Counted from the stretch's first letter, positions 19,824-30,118 are shown. The stretch: 64,000 nucleotides of DNA from Oscillatoria princeps RMCB-10 (GCA_019359235.1 JAHHHT010000012.1:131648-195647), one strand, 5' to 3'. The notes: generated by a model not told the origin, from the sequence alone. Program-made: numbers and translations.

Positions 19824-21422
19824 TTAAAACAAACCTCTTTTGCCGTTCGGCTTTACAGTCAGCCAGTTGGTTTTAGCCATAGCCAGCTGCTCGTCGGTGA
19901 CGCGGGCACCGGTGAGATTGGCTCCGCACAGATTCGCCCCCCGCAGGTTGGCATAACTGAGATAAGCCTCGGTGAGGTCGGCACCTCTGAGATCGGCTCC
20001 TTCCAAGGAGGCGTAGCTCATATAAGCTTTGGTCAAATTGGCGTCTCGCAGACTCGCCTGCTTTAAATTCGCCCTGCCAAAATTGGCATTGGAGAGGTCG
20101 GAATTCTGGAAGCTGGTTTTAGCCAAGTTAGCTTGGTGGAAAATGGTTTCCGCCAGACAGGTTCTCGACAAGTCCAGCAGGCTGAGGTCGCAGATGGCAA
20201 AATCCCGTCTGCCCTTGGTGTAGGCGGTTTTCACACTTAAGGCATCCCACGAGGTGGGAATTTTCGCCTTGCCCCCGGAAGCCCCTTTGCCGTCTACCGC
20301 CGTCGCCCCCTGATTGGGAGCCACACTCCGATTCCGCGTGCCCCCACTGGGCAGGCGGGTAGCGGCGGCGCGGGCTTTGCGGGCGCGAATTTCCTCCGCC
20401 AGCTTGGAGGCGGGCGACGCCCCAGAAGAACCGCCGGAATCGATTGCGGTGCGGTCTTCTGGCTGAACCGCAGGTTTGGGTTGAGTGATCATGCCTTGGC
20501 TGAGGCTGTGCCGGTGCAGCTCCACATCCATCGCTCTGAGGACTTCGCTGGCGGACTGGAAGCGATGGCGGACGGAAACTTCCAGCATTTTTTCCAGCAG
20601 GCGCAACAAACCGGCACTGACTGTGATACACTCACGCCAGCGGATTTCGCCGGTCACCGGATCGTGGCCAAGATGATTGGGAGATTTGCCGGTCAGCAGA
20701 TAAATGCAAGTCACGCCTAGGGCGTAGATATCACTGGCATAAACAGGGCGCAGCGACATCTGTTCCGGTGGCGCAAAACCGGGGGTGCCAATCGCAAAGG
20801 AGGTGAGTGCGGTATTTTCTGAGGTGGTGAGGATTGCTGTTTGGCTCACTTGGTCTTTGACGGCTCCAAAGTCAATCAGGACGAGCTTTTGGTCTATGTC
20901 GCGGCGAATGATATTGGCCGGTTTGATGTCCCGGTGAATCACCCGACGCTCGTGGAGGTATTGCACCACCGGCAGGAGCTCCGCCAGAAATTCTGTGACG
21001 CCAAATTCACTAAAAGGGCCGGTGCGCTTGACTTCCTGCTTGAGGGTCGAGCCGCCGACATACTCCTGAACGAGGTAAAATTGCTCGCTGGCTTCAAAGT
21101 AGTCTAGCAGCCGGGGCACCTGGGGGTGATCGACAAGCTTGCCGAGGGTTTTGGCTTCTCGCTCAAACAGCTGCCGCGCCATGTCAAATACCTGCGGCGA
21201 GGTGGTTGCGGGGCGCAGCTGCTTGATCACGCAGCTGGGAGTTCCGGGCAAGGAGAGGTCTTGGGCCACAAAGGTCGCCCCAAAGCCCCCTTGCGCCAAG
21301 GCTTGAATCACGCGATAGCGAGCCCGAAGCAGGAGAGTGGCCCCGCAGGCTTGACACCGGTGAGCGTGGTCTGGGTTCTCAGGATGGGGACAGGCAGGAT
21401 TTACACAGATACTCATATTCAC
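19824..21422 (-). CDS. Ser/Thr protein kinase with N-terminal zinc-ribbon and C-terminal pentapeptide repeats
   Basis: CVNPACPHP...CQACG. Kinase motifs GGFGATF, HRDIKPANI, DFG, APE. C-terminal repeats ANLSYANLRGANLCGANLTGA. Confidence 0.85.
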   Translation of the reverse strand: MNMSICVNPACPHPENPDHAHRCQACGATLLLRARYRVIQALAQGGFGATFVAQDLSLPGTPSCVIKQLRPATTSPQVFDMARQLFEREAKTLGKLVDHPQVPRLLDYFEASEQFYLVQEYVGGSTLKQEVKRTGPFSEFGVTEFLAELLPVVQYLHERRVIHRDIKPANIIRRDIDQKLVLIDFGAVKDQVSQTAILTTSENTALTSFAIGTPGFAPPEQMSLRPVYASDIYALGVTCIYLLTGKSPNHLGHDPVTGEIRWRECITVSAGLLRLLEKMLEVSVRHRFQSASEVLRAMDVELHRHSLSQGMITQPKPAVQPEDRTAIDSGGSSGASPASKLAEEIRARKARAAATRLPSGGTRNRSVAPNQGATAVDGKGASGGKAKIPTSWDALSVKTAYTKGRRDFAICDLSLLDLSRTCLAETIFHQANLAKTSFQNSDLSNANFGRANLKQASLRDANLTKAYMSYASLEGADLRGADLTEAYLSYANLRGANLCGANLTGARVTDEQLAMAKTNWLTVKPNGKRGLF

Positions 21423-21843
21423 CCGGATGTAGCTCTGCTGTTTGATAGCTTACTGGCGTCGCACAAGTAGATGCGTTTGCCCCGTCTGGCCTCAAGCATG
21501 CTTTCCTCGCTGCCGCTCAGTTTATACCCTACCTTAAATGATTTAAGGGTATTAACGGGATGTCCTGGGGCTTCCCCCAGGTTGCTCAAGTGACTCGGCT
21601 TGTGTGGACAGGAGTTTCAGGACTGCCCGCACCGGCCACAGCACCGGCAGCCTGTCCCAGATTCTTTACTCTTACATTCAGGTATTCTTCCTATCTTTAA
21701 AGTTCCTCAAAAATGGAGGCAACCAACGGTCTGGGGAATTTCTTTACAAAATTTTTACATAATTGTGTTGATTGTGTGAAGGCGGAGCGCCGGTGGGGCC
21801 TTGTGCCGGCGGGCCAGAGGGCTGCGGCTGCGGGGGGTTATAC

Positions 21844-21877
21844 AGAAACCCGGTTTCTTAAAGAAACCGGGTTTCTA
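21844..21877. repeat. tandem pair of GAAACCCGGTTTC palindromic elements
   Basis: agaaacccggtttcttaaagaaaccgggtttct. Confidence 0.6.
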
Positions 21878-22004
21878 GAAAATCCCGCCGGCTCTAGACA
21901 AAAACAAAGCCCAATGGTAAAATACACAGGATTTCCAGGAAGACTGGCATCCAGATCGGGACGCGCCGGCAATGCCGGTGAGCCAACATCCTGAGCCCCC
22001 AGCT

Positions 22005-22110
22005 CTTGGAGGGTGCCTTCCTCCTAGGAGGAAGGCACCCTACTTCTGCTTCAGCTGCAAGTATGGCTCTTGTAGTTCCCCCAAGGGGGAACGCACCCTA
22101 CTTATGCTCC
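22005..22110. repeat. two perfect hairpins, each followed by the GCACCCTACTT motif
   Basis: GGGTGCCTTCCTCC-TA-GGAGGAAGGCACCC at 22005-22036. GTTCCCCC-AA-GGGGGAAC at 22076-22093. Both are followed by gcaccctactt(c/a)tgc. Confidence 0.6.
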
Positions 22111-22184
22111 CGGCGAGCGCCAGCGATTGAGCTATATTTTACCGCACAATTAAATTTACTCTAAAATTAAATCCTTAACCCTGT

Positions 22185-23411
22185 TTGCGGTGTGAGATGA
22201 AACTTAGCTTTTGCATGATTGTCAAAAACGAGTCAGCCACCCTGCCCAAGTGCCTGAACAGTGTCAAAGACGTGGTGGATGAAATGGTGGTGCTGGACAC
22301 CGGCTCGACCGACCGCACTCCTGAAATTGCGCGAGAATTGGGCGCGAAAGTTTATCACTACCAGTGGTGCAACGATTTCTCAGCAGCTCGCAATGAATCC
22401 CTGAAGTACATCACCGGCGACTGGATTCTGGTGCTAGATGCGGATGAAGTGCTGAAACCTGAAATTGTGCCGCAGATGAAGGAGGCGATGCTCAACGAGC
22501 GCTATATCCTGATCAATCTCGTCCGCCACGAAGTTGGGGCGGCGCAATCTCCCTACTCGCTGGTGTCGCGGCTGTTCCGCAATCACCCAGATATCTATTT
22601 CTCGCACCCCTATCACGCAATGGTGGATGATAGTGTTGCGGAACTGTTGCGCCAAAAGCGCAATCAGTGGCAGGTGGCTGACTTGTCGCCGGTGGCGATT
22701 GAACACTATGGCTACCAGCCGGGAACGATCGCCGCGCTAGACAAGTTTAGCAGAGCGCGGCTGGCTATGGAAGCGTATCTGGCTGAGCACCCGTCTGACT
22801 CCTACACTTGCAGCAAGCTGGGAGCTCTGTATGTGGAAGCGGGCGAGGTGGAAAGGGGCATCCAGCTGCTGGAATTGGGATTGGCAGCGGTGCCGGCGCG
22901 GGGCAAGTCTAAACCTGTGTCAGCGCCGGTGCTCTACGAACTCCACTACCATTTAGGCATTGCTCACACTCGCCTTTCAAAGCTGTCTAAAGCGAAGTCG
23001 CACTATAAAGCGGCAATCGAGCAGGGTATCTTGCCGCAGCTGAAACTCGGCGCTTACAATAATTTGGGCAATTTGCTGCTGGAAACCGGCGACTTTACCG
23101 GCGCAATCGCTGTCTTTCAGACTGTTTTGCAGATTGACCAGAATCTGGCTCTCGGTCATTTCAATTTGGGGATTGCTCTGAAACAGAAGGGGCGTCTGAA
23201 GGAAGCGATTGATTCCTACCGGCAAGCGATTGAACTCGACCCTCATTATGCGGAGGCTTATCAAAATTTGGGTGTGGCTCTGCTGAAAGCCGGTAACGTG
23301 CTGGATAGTTTGGATACCTTTCGGGAGGCAATTGCGATCTACGAGCAGCGCCAGTCGCCTGCAGGCAGTCATCTGCGCCAAAGTTTGAAGGAAATGGGTT
23401 TGAGAGTTTGA
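22185..23411 (+). CDS. family-2 glycosyltransferase with C-terminal TPR repeats
   Basis: N-terminal GT2 motif FCMIVKNE...LDTGSTDRT...DADE. C-terminal TPR consensus (AYNNLGNLL, AIELDPHYAEAYQNLG). The start may be at 22197. Confidence 0.85.
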   Translation: MRCEMKLSFCMIVKNESATLPKCLNSVKDVVDEMVVLDTGSTDRTPEIARELGAKVYHYQWCNDFSAARNESLKYITGDWILVLDADEVLKPEIVPQMKEAMLNERYILINLVRHEVGAAQSPYSLVSRLFRNHPDIYFSHPYHAMVDDSVAELLRQKRNQWQVADLSPVAIEHYGYQPGTIAALDKFSRARLAMEAYLAEHPSDSYTCSKLGALYVEAGEVERGIQLLELGLAAVPARGKSKPVSAPVLYELHYHLGIAHTRLSKLSKAKSHYKAAIEQGILPQLKLGAYNNLGNLLLETGDFTGAIAVFQTVLQIDQNLALGHFNLGIALKQKGRLKEAIDSYRQAIELDPHYAEAYQNLGVALLKAGNVLDSLDTFREAIAIYEQRQSPAGSHLRQSLKEMGLRV

Positions 23412-23789
23412 ATTCTGTCAGAGGAAGTTGGGTGCGTTACCGACTGCGGAACCCACCCTACAAGTCCCCGGGTGGCTCATACAAATTTTTGATTTTGGAG
23501 GCATGGATTTTGGATTGAAAAAGGCGTCAGTAACGCCTTTTGAGCCCCTGGAAAAAAAGTGGGGGTTTGTGGCGTTGATTTCAATGGCTTTATCGCAGGA
23601 GGCGATGGCTAAGATGTGCCGGTGCGTTCTTGACTCGCTCGCTGCAGACATCCAGAAGCCAGCTTAACCCAACATCCGAGAAACGGAATGCGCTTTCCCC
23701 TTGACACTTCAAGGGTGGAGAAGGCAATCTTAAATTTGCGATCTCCGGATGTTTTTCCATCTGTGCTGTATCCTGGAAAGAAAAAATAC

Positions 23790-23818
23790 TTGACAAGTAG
23801 ACTGTTGGATGTTATAAT
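23790..23818 (+). promoter_or_regulatory. consensus sigma70-type promoter (TTGACA-17bp-TATAAT)
   Basis: ttgaca at 23790-23795, a 17-bp spacer, then tataat at 23813-23818. An AGGTGG SD and ATG at 23850 follow. Confidence 0.4.
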
Positions 23819-23849
23819 GGCGAGGCTTAGTTTATGGCAGGTGGCTTGC

Positions 23850-24161
23850 ATGCTAGCCGGTGCGGTAGCCGGCAGCATTCTCAGTTGCGATTTTTCGGCA
23901 TCTTCTCCCACACCCCCAAACATCCAAGACTCACCGGCACCGGTTGGGCGGAATTTTCAACCGCAACACGATCTCACCGACAAGTTGAGTGCCGGTGGGA
24001 AAGGGGTTGAGGTTCTCGCCACAGGCATTGGCGGAGCCGTAGCGGGACAGTCACCCGCTGGAATCTGGCCCCCCCGGAAGGGTGAGAGCCGGTTGGCTGA
24101 TATCGTTTCCGGTAACGCGGGGAAAGCGGTGAGGGCGCTCACCTTTGGCCCTGCCCAGTAA
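23850..24161 (+). CDS. small hypothetical protein (possible short lipoprotein-like N-terminus)
   Basis: In-frame part of track ORF 23688..24161, starting at the first ATG after the consensus promoter and SD. Weak composition; speculative. Confidence 0.3.
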   Translation: MLAGAVAGSILSCDFSASSPTPPNIQDSPAPVGRNFQPQHDLTDKLSAGGKGVEVLATGIGGAVAGQSPAGIWPPRKGESRLADIVSGNAGKAVRALTFGPAQ

Positions 24162-24250
24162 AAAATTGCCACCGCATACAAGAGAATGCAGCCGGATTTT
24201 ATATCAGCTGTTTTAAGGCCAGAGGGGTTCCTGTGTGCCGGTGGCGCAAG

Positions 24251-24970
24251 TCAGGCGATCGTCTCGACTTTACCACTATCTAAGTCGTAACGGGCCCCAA
24301 CGATTTTCAGCCTGCCCTCTTTGAGCAACTCAGTCAGGATGGGTTGAGAGGATTTTAATTGCTCCACAACCAGTTTGACATTGGCTTTGACGGCGTTGTC
24401 GAGCGGGTCGCCGGCTTGGCCTTTCGCCTTGGCCAGGGCGGGGTTGATGGCGGCCAGCAAGCTGCCAATGTGCCCGGGGACTGGCTTGCCTTCTAAGGCG
24501 GCTTTCACGGCACCGCATCCTTCATGGCCCAGCACCACAATCAGGGGGACGCCCAAATGCTCGGCGGCATATTCAATGCTGCCGAGTACCACGTCGTCGG
24601 TGATATTCCCAGCCACCCGGATGTCAAATATATCGCCGATTCCCTGGTCAAAAAGAATTTCCGCCGGCACCCGTGAGTCAGCGCAGCCAAGAACGATCGC
24701 AAACGGATGCTGGCCTTGGGCAACTTCTGCCAGACGCACCCGGTTCTGGTCGGGATAGGTTCGTTTTTCCTCAACAAACCGTTTATTGCCATCCATCAAT
24801 TTTTGCAGGGCTAGATCGGGGCTGGTGCCTGCAGGAGAATCCTCGTTTGTGGCGACACGTTGATGCCCAACCAGCTTGACTGCAAGCGCAGCCGCCAGGG
24901 CTCCCCCACCGGCAGCCGCGAGCATTTCCCGCCGGGAAAGCCGTCTCAAATGCTTTCTGTTGTCCATCAT
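24251..24970 (-). CDS. beta-class carbonic anhydrase with twin-arginine (Tat)-like signal (EcaB-like)
   Basis: Zinc-ligand motifs CADSRV and HEGCGAV. N-terminus RRLSRREMLAAAGGGALAAALA. Confidence 0.85.
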   Translation of the reverse strand: MMDNRKHLRRLSRREMLAAAGGGALAAALAVKLVGHQRVATNEDSPAGTSPDLALQKLMDGNKRFVEEKRTYPDQNRVRLAEVAQGQHPFAIVLGCADSRVPAEILFDQGIGDIFDIRVAGNITDDVVLGSIEYAAEHLGVPLIVVLGHEGCGAVKAALEGKPVPGHIGSLLAAINPALAKAKGQAGDPLDNAVKANVKLVVEQLKSSQPILTELLKEGRLKIVGARYDLDSGKVETIA

Positions 24971-25339
24971 TTGCTACCTTGCGCAAATGTTCAGTCAATA
25001 GGAGTTTAAACCTACTAGCTGGGAGGGAGCTGATTCTTAAGGTAGTCTTTGCAATTCGCTTTTCTGGGGATCTTCGCCCCAGTAGGTGCTGGCTTTATGC
25101 AATGTAGAATAAAAAACTGAGAGTGTTAAATATTATTTAACAAGTCTTTGTAAAAGTTTACATTTGGCGGTAGTAAGGTGAAGGGGGAAGGAAAGGGGGA
25201 GAGGTTCAATACAAAATTGAAATGCTTCCATGTCAGAGCGGGTCTATCCACATCTATTTTGCAGATTAATCGCTGTGGGGGCGGGCTCGCCAGCCGGTGC
25301 CACGCCCCCATAAAGAAAAGATTGCCAGGGATTTTTATG

Positions 25340-26830
25340 TCACTCGTTCATATTCCTGTAAGTTGCCACAGCAGAAGGCGAGATGCGACTCAGATAGCGG
25401 AATATCCAATACTTAAAGATGGTATCCAAAATCACCGGGAAAGTGGCAATAAACAAAAAGTTTAAGTCCCGACTTTCTGGCAGTCCAAGATGCCTGGATA
25501 TGCCTTCCAGAATCACTTCCCAGCCATGCGGTGAGTGGAACCCCACGAAAATATCTGTCAGCAGGATAATAATAAACGCTTTAGCGCTGTCGCTGAGGCC
25601 GTAAATAATCTCGTCCAGAAAAGATTTGAGAATGGCGATATCTCGCTTACTGTTGAAAACTACTGTGGCAAAAACAGCCGCCGAAATCAGGTCAGCAAAG
25701 ATATTTTTTAGGGCGCTATTACTTTCGGATCTGTACTCTTCAGCAATCTCTTCGGCTTTGTGTTTGACCCGCTCCTCTACCTCTTCTGCGGAAAGCTGAG
25801 GTGCCGCGCCTATTAACATTTTAAACTTCAGCTGCTCTTCAAACCGCGCCAAGTCTTCAAAAGCTTCTTTTTCCAAATCTTCGTTTATAAAAATCTCAGC
25901 TGAGCTTCCTTCTCGGAAGTGGTCAACTGCCGGCCCAACAAAGAAAGTTTTTGAGAGCTGCTGCGTCAGGAGGGGAATCAGGACAAGCAAGACAATAAAT
26001 CTCAGCGAAACAACTGTCTTATTTTTGGATTTGCGGAAGTTTTTAACAACTTCCTCTTCGGCTTTGGGGTCGAGGTCTTTTTTGAGTTTTTCAACAGTTC
26101 TCAAGATCGAGCGAGGCAAGAAACTGGTTTTATCAGAAATCGTTTCAGACATTTCTACCGAATCACCGACAGAATAAGGGGCGGGATTGTTTTTGACGAG
26201 GAGGCCAGATTTGAAAGGCTGTTCGCTCTGGCTGTAAGCCACCAATAAGGAGGGGGATGAGGGTGGATAAGTCACTGGCACTTCAGAAGTGTACTTAGCC
26301 AACACCCCATCAATAAACGTCAGCTTTTCTAAAGTAATAGAAGCTTTCTCTCTCAGGACTATATTGGTTGAATACTGAAAGGAATCGGAAGAAGCAATAG
26401 AAAATTCTTTCGGCTGGCCTAACTTGGTAGTGGCCAGAACTGAGCGGCTAATCTTGAAAGCGGACAAGTTGAGTCTAGCGATATTTAGGTACTTGGTTAA
26501 CTCCCCTTCAAAATACTGCATGACACTCTCACTATAGTGAGCTGTTTCTGCAGAAATTTTTTGGCTGTTAAAATGCTGGTCTTCGATTGATTTGATGGTC
26601 AGGGCTGCATTGTAAGCTTCCTCCAGGGATCTCTCCGGTGTCGCGGAAAACCACTTGTTGGCATCGCGGAAGTATCCTTGGAGGTTTTTGAACTGGGGTT
26701 TTTTCATGTCGCGGTTTGTCCTACTTAGGAATATAAGGCGTTGCAAGGGAGCCAAAGGAGCGAAGGCAGAGGGCGAAGAGGTAAGAGAAGAAGAGAGAGT
26801 GTTAGGGGGCGGTGACGACCTGTTTAGCAC
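25340..26830 (-). CDS. pxcA: PxcA/CemA-family proton-extrusion protein
   Basis: C-terminus LSDSAKAFIIILLTDIFVGFHSPHGWE...TFPVILDTIFKYWIFRYLSRISPSAVATYRNMNE is nearly identical to chloroplast CemA / cyanobacterial PxcA. Long N-terminal extension as in PxcA. Confidence 0.9.
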   Translation of the reverse strand: MLNRSSPPPNTLSSSLTSSPSAFAPLAPLQRLIFLSRTNRDMKKPQFKNLQGYFRDANKWFSATPERSLEEAYNAALTIKSIEDQHFNSQKISAETAHYSESVMQYFEGELTKYLNIARLNLSAFKISRSVLATTKLGQPKEFSIASSDSFQYSTNIVLREKASITLEKLTFIDGVLAKYTSEVPVTYPPSSPSLLVAYSQSEQPFKSGLLVKNNPAPYSVGDSVEMSETISDKTSFLPRSILRTVEKLKKDLDPKAEEEVVKNFRKSKNKTVVSLRFIVLLVLIPLLTQQLSKTFFVGPAVDHFREGSSAEIFINEDLEKEAFEDLARFEEQLKFKMLIGAAPQLSAEEVEERVKHKAEEIAEEYRSESNSALKNIFADLISAAVFATVVFNSKRDIAILKSFLDEIIYGLSDSAKAFIIILLTDIFVGFHSPHGWEVILEGISRHLGLPESRDLNFLFIATFPVILDTIFKYWIFRYLSRISPSAVATYRNMNE

Positions 26831-26861
26831 TACGATTTTCCCTTTTCTCTTAAGCGCTGTC

Positions 26862-27572
26862 TCAAGGAATCAGCTCTACTTGGCCGGTGGCTAAGTCGTA
26901 GCGAGCGCCAACAATTTTAACCTGGCCCATTTGCACCAAATCAGCCAGGATGGGTTGGGAAGATTTCAATTGCTCAACCACCATTGTAATGTTGGCTTTG
27001 ACTGCGTTGTCAAGGGCATCACCGGCTTTGCCTCTTGCCTTGTCCACGGCTGGTTTGATGGCATCGACAAAACTGAAAATGTGGCCCGGAACTGGGTTGC
27101 CTTCTAGCGCCGCCTTCACCGCACCGCATCGTTCGTGCCCCAGCACCATAATTAAGGACACACCCAATACCGCTGTGGCATATTCGATGCTGCCGAGAAT
27201 AGCGTCGTCCAGGATATTGCCCGCCACGCGAATCACAAACAAGTCCCCCAGTCCTTGGTCAAAGAGAATTTCCGGCGGAACTCGCGAATCCGCACAGCCC
27301 AGCAAGATCGCAAAAGGATGCTGACCTTTTGCAACCTCTGCGAGACGCATGGGCGTCTGGTCGGGATAGGTGCGTTTTTGCTCAACATACCGTTGATTCC
27401 CTTCTATCAGTTTGTGCAAAGCATCGTCACCCGTGAGTGGGGCGGCTTCTTGTGGTGTTGCTATTTCAGGAAGAACGAGTTCGTCACTCAGTTGATCTAC
27501 GAACCCACTGGCACCAGCCAGAGCCTTGAAATCGGCTTTAGATTTAACCTTTAACTGCTTTCGGTTTGCCAT
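26862..27572 (-). CDS. beta-class carbonic anhydrase, no signal peptide (paralogue of 24251..24970)
   Basis: CADSRV and HERCGAV motifs. About 70% identical to the Tat-signal copy over the catalytic domain. N-terminus MANRKQLKVKSKADFKALAGASGF is not signal-like. Confidence 0.85.
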   Translation of the reverse strand: MANRKQLKVKSKADFKALAGASGFVDQLSDELVLPEIATPQEAAPLTGDDALHKLIEGNQRYVEQKRTYPDQTPMRLAEVAKGQHPFAILLGCADSRVPPEILFDQGLGDLFVIRVAGNILDDAILGSIEYATAVLGVSLIMVLGHERCGAVKAALEGNPVPGHIFSFVDAIKPAVDKARGKAGDALDNAVKANITMVVEQLKSSQPILADLVQMGQVKIVGARYDLATGQVELIP

Positions 27573-27796
27573 CCTTTGCTGCGCGTTAAAATTTTGTTTG
27601 CCCTTGCTGCGATGGAATTTTTCCCAGGGTTTTTTCAGCCGAATCGAGCGGTATTCCGCAAAGTGGAGAGAAAGGGGGAAGCTTTTACGAACCTGTCAAA
27701 ACAGCCCCCGGGCTTTTGGTGGCTGCCCAGGGGCAGCCAGAGCGTGAGTTAAGTTGACGGGATCTAAGCTGAGGTTACCCCTGAAGCGAGAGCCGG

Positions 27797-28093
27797 TTAA
27801 TTGATGATCGACTGCACGTCAGAAAGCAGACACACACCGCCAAATTTTTTCAGTAAAGGTCTGATGATTTCCACAAATTCACTGGCTTGTTCTTCCGTGC
27901 AGATACTCATCACATACCCATTGCTGAACGCGCCGCCCATTTCTAAATCATTGGACACTATCCCTCGCTCGCCCTTGCCTGTAACCTCTCGAATGATGGT
28001 ATAGCCAGAAACGCCCACCTCTTCTAACGTTGACAGCACTTTGTCCAATTCCAATGATGTGATTATGATTTCTACCTTTTTCATCCGCTCCAC
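27797..28093 (-). CDS. sbtB: PII-like signalling protein SbtB
   Basis: 98-aa PII-fold-like protein, 4 bp downstream of sbtA. Lacks the CGPxGC redox tail. Confidence 0.75.
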   Translation of the reverse strand: MERMKKVEIIITSLELDKVLSTLEEVGVSGYTIIREVTGKGERGIVSNDLEMGGAFSNGYVMSICTEEQASEFVEIIRPLLKKFGGVCLLSDVQSIIN

Positions 28094-28097
28094 AGTG

Positions 28098-29135
28098 TCA
28101 CCCTCCCAGCGTTTTAATCATTTCCAGGTACACAGGAATTCCCACTATTATATTAAAGGGGAACGTGATGGCTAGAGCCATCGAAACGTAGAGACTTGGA
28201 TTGGCTTCGGGGACTGTCATCCGCATGGCTGCGGGAACCGCTATGTAAGATGCGCTCGCAGACAATACGGCAAACAAAAGAGAATTTCCCTCGGAAAGGC
28301 CCAGTAATTTTGCGATAACGATGCCGAGAAGAGCATTCAGCACGGGGATGAATACAGCAAAGCCAATCAGGAAAGAACCTGTTTTCTGAAGGTCTTTTAT
28401 CCTTCGTGCAGCGACCATTCCCATGTCCAGCAAAAAGAAAGTCAGGACTCCGTAAAATATTCCTTGGGTGAATGGCTGCATCTTCTCCCACCCTTTCCCC
28501 CCTGTCAGTGCCCCTATTAAGACGCTTCCAACCAAGAGAAAAACCGACCCATTCAGGAAAGCTTCTTTGAAAACTTCAGACCAAGAGAATTCAGAATCTT
28601 CTGTCTTTTTGCCAAAGATCCTGACTAGGAGAATGCCCACAATGATTGCCGGCGATTCCATGAGGGCCAGAGCGGCTACCATGTAGCCGTCAAAATGAAT
28701 GCTGAGTTTGTCCAGGAAAGAACTGGCACTGATAAAGGTGACGGCGCTGATTGACCCATAGGTGGCTGCAATAGCGGCAGCATTATAAGGGTCGAGTTTT
28801 ATTTTCAGGATGAAAAATGTGTAAACAGGTACAGCACAAGCCATGAGGATGGCTGCTGTGAGAGTTATTAAAATTTCCAGACTGATTCCACTCTCGTCAA
28901 GTTCATAGCCTCCCTTGAACCCTATAGCCAGAAGAAGATAAAGAGAGAAGAGTTTGGGCAAAGGCTGAGGGATTTCCAAGTCAGACTTAAGAAAAATCGC
29001 CGCCATGCCGAGAAAGAAGAAAAGAACCGGCGGGTTCAGAAAGTTGAACAGAATAAGGCTTGAATCCATGTAAGCTCCTAAGATTTGTAGCAAGAAACAC
29101 GGAAATAAATTGGCCAGATGAACAGAAGAACTCAC
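28098..29135 (-). CDS. sbtA: sodium-dependent bicarbonate transporter SbtA family (DUF897)
   Basis: Multi-TM protein. Motifs GGYELDESG and PEANPSLYVSMALAITFPFNIIVGIPVY match SbtA. The true start is probably MDSSLILFNF (29069). Confidence 0.8.
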   Translation of the reverse strand: MSSSVHLANLFPCFLLQILGAYMDSSLILFNFLNPPVLFFFLGMAAIFLKSDLEIPQPLPKLFSLYLLLAIGFKGGYELDESGISLEILITLTAAILMACAVPVYTFFILKIKLDPYNAAAIAATYGSISAVTFISASSFLDKLSIHFDGYMVAALALMESPAIIVGILLVRIFGKKTEDSEFSWSEVFKEAFLNGSVFLLVGSVLIGALTGGKGWEKMQPFTQGIFYGVLTFFLLDMGMVAARRIKDLQKTGSFLIGFAVFIPVLNALLGIVIAKLLGLSEGNSLLFAVLSASASYIAVPAAMRMTVPEANPSLYVSMALAITFPFNIIVGIPVYLEMIKTLGG

Positions 29136-30118
29136 CCCTCACTCAGTTATTACAAATATATAAGAGTTTGGCGTGTCGGAGGTATGTCAGTAATATGAAT
29201 ATGCTGTGACACCGGCGCTGGCCCAGATTGATATCAATTTGGGCCTTCGCCATCCTGGCCAGTTGCGGTGTACCACTTCCTGCCGGCGCTCGAGCCGGTG
29301 GGGCTGGCACCGGCGCAGAATATCCGCCTGTCCCTCCGCCCCACTCACCTGTGCGCCACCGCCCCTTGCGGGCGCAACGGGAGGCGACCGGCAAGCCCCT
29401 AGAAGTGGCCCAGTATTGGCTGATCGGGTTCTCATGCAAGCTGGGCAATGGGGATTAACAGTGGCCAGTGCGAGCGTGCCTAGTGCCCCTCTGAATCCGG
29501 CAGCGAATACTTAATCGCGTTGTCCAGTACATTCAGAAAAGCTGGCAACAGCCGTTCTGGATCGCCCTGCAGCTGAACGTCGGGAACGTCCAGGTGGATG
29601 CCAACACTCTAAGGCTCGTATGCGGGACTCCATCGCTAGCACGCAACGATTGAGCAACTGTTGCAGGCTGACCGGCTGCTGTTCCAGTGGCATTTTCCAA
29701 CGCTTCCCTGATTCCAGCAACAGCCAGCCAGTCGGCGACTTGCCCGTCTGTCTGGGGGGCGGAAGTGGCCTACAGGCGACCGTCTGGCGCAAAGACGCGC
29801 CATTGAGAAACTCTCCCGCTTTCCATGAATATATGTAAACTTTATGGGATCTGACAAAGCTTAATTATTTCTTTATTATTTAGCGACTTCCCTTGTGATA
29901 TGCGGCAGTCAAGCCGGGGGCGATCTGCGGGGATCGCCCTTCCTGCAGGCGATCCCGTTGACAGCCGGCACAATGTTGAGATACTGTAATACATAAGTGA
30001 GTCTCGGCTCGCCAAAAGGATACGTTTGGGTGCAGATTGTAAAAAACTGTAAAGTGGGAGACTTTCTGTCTCATTTTGTAGAGGCTTCGAGAAACAGGTT
30101 GAACTGAGAGGTTATAAT

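Noticed and set aside
29143-29857. Multiple overlapping 70-100-aa ORFs on both strands between sbtA and the zinc-ribbon ORF
   Set aside because: Mutually overlapping, Arg/Pro/Gly-rich, typical of GC-rich non-coding DNA. The minus-frame fragment at 29511..29850 might be a decayed gene remnant, but no family is recognisable.
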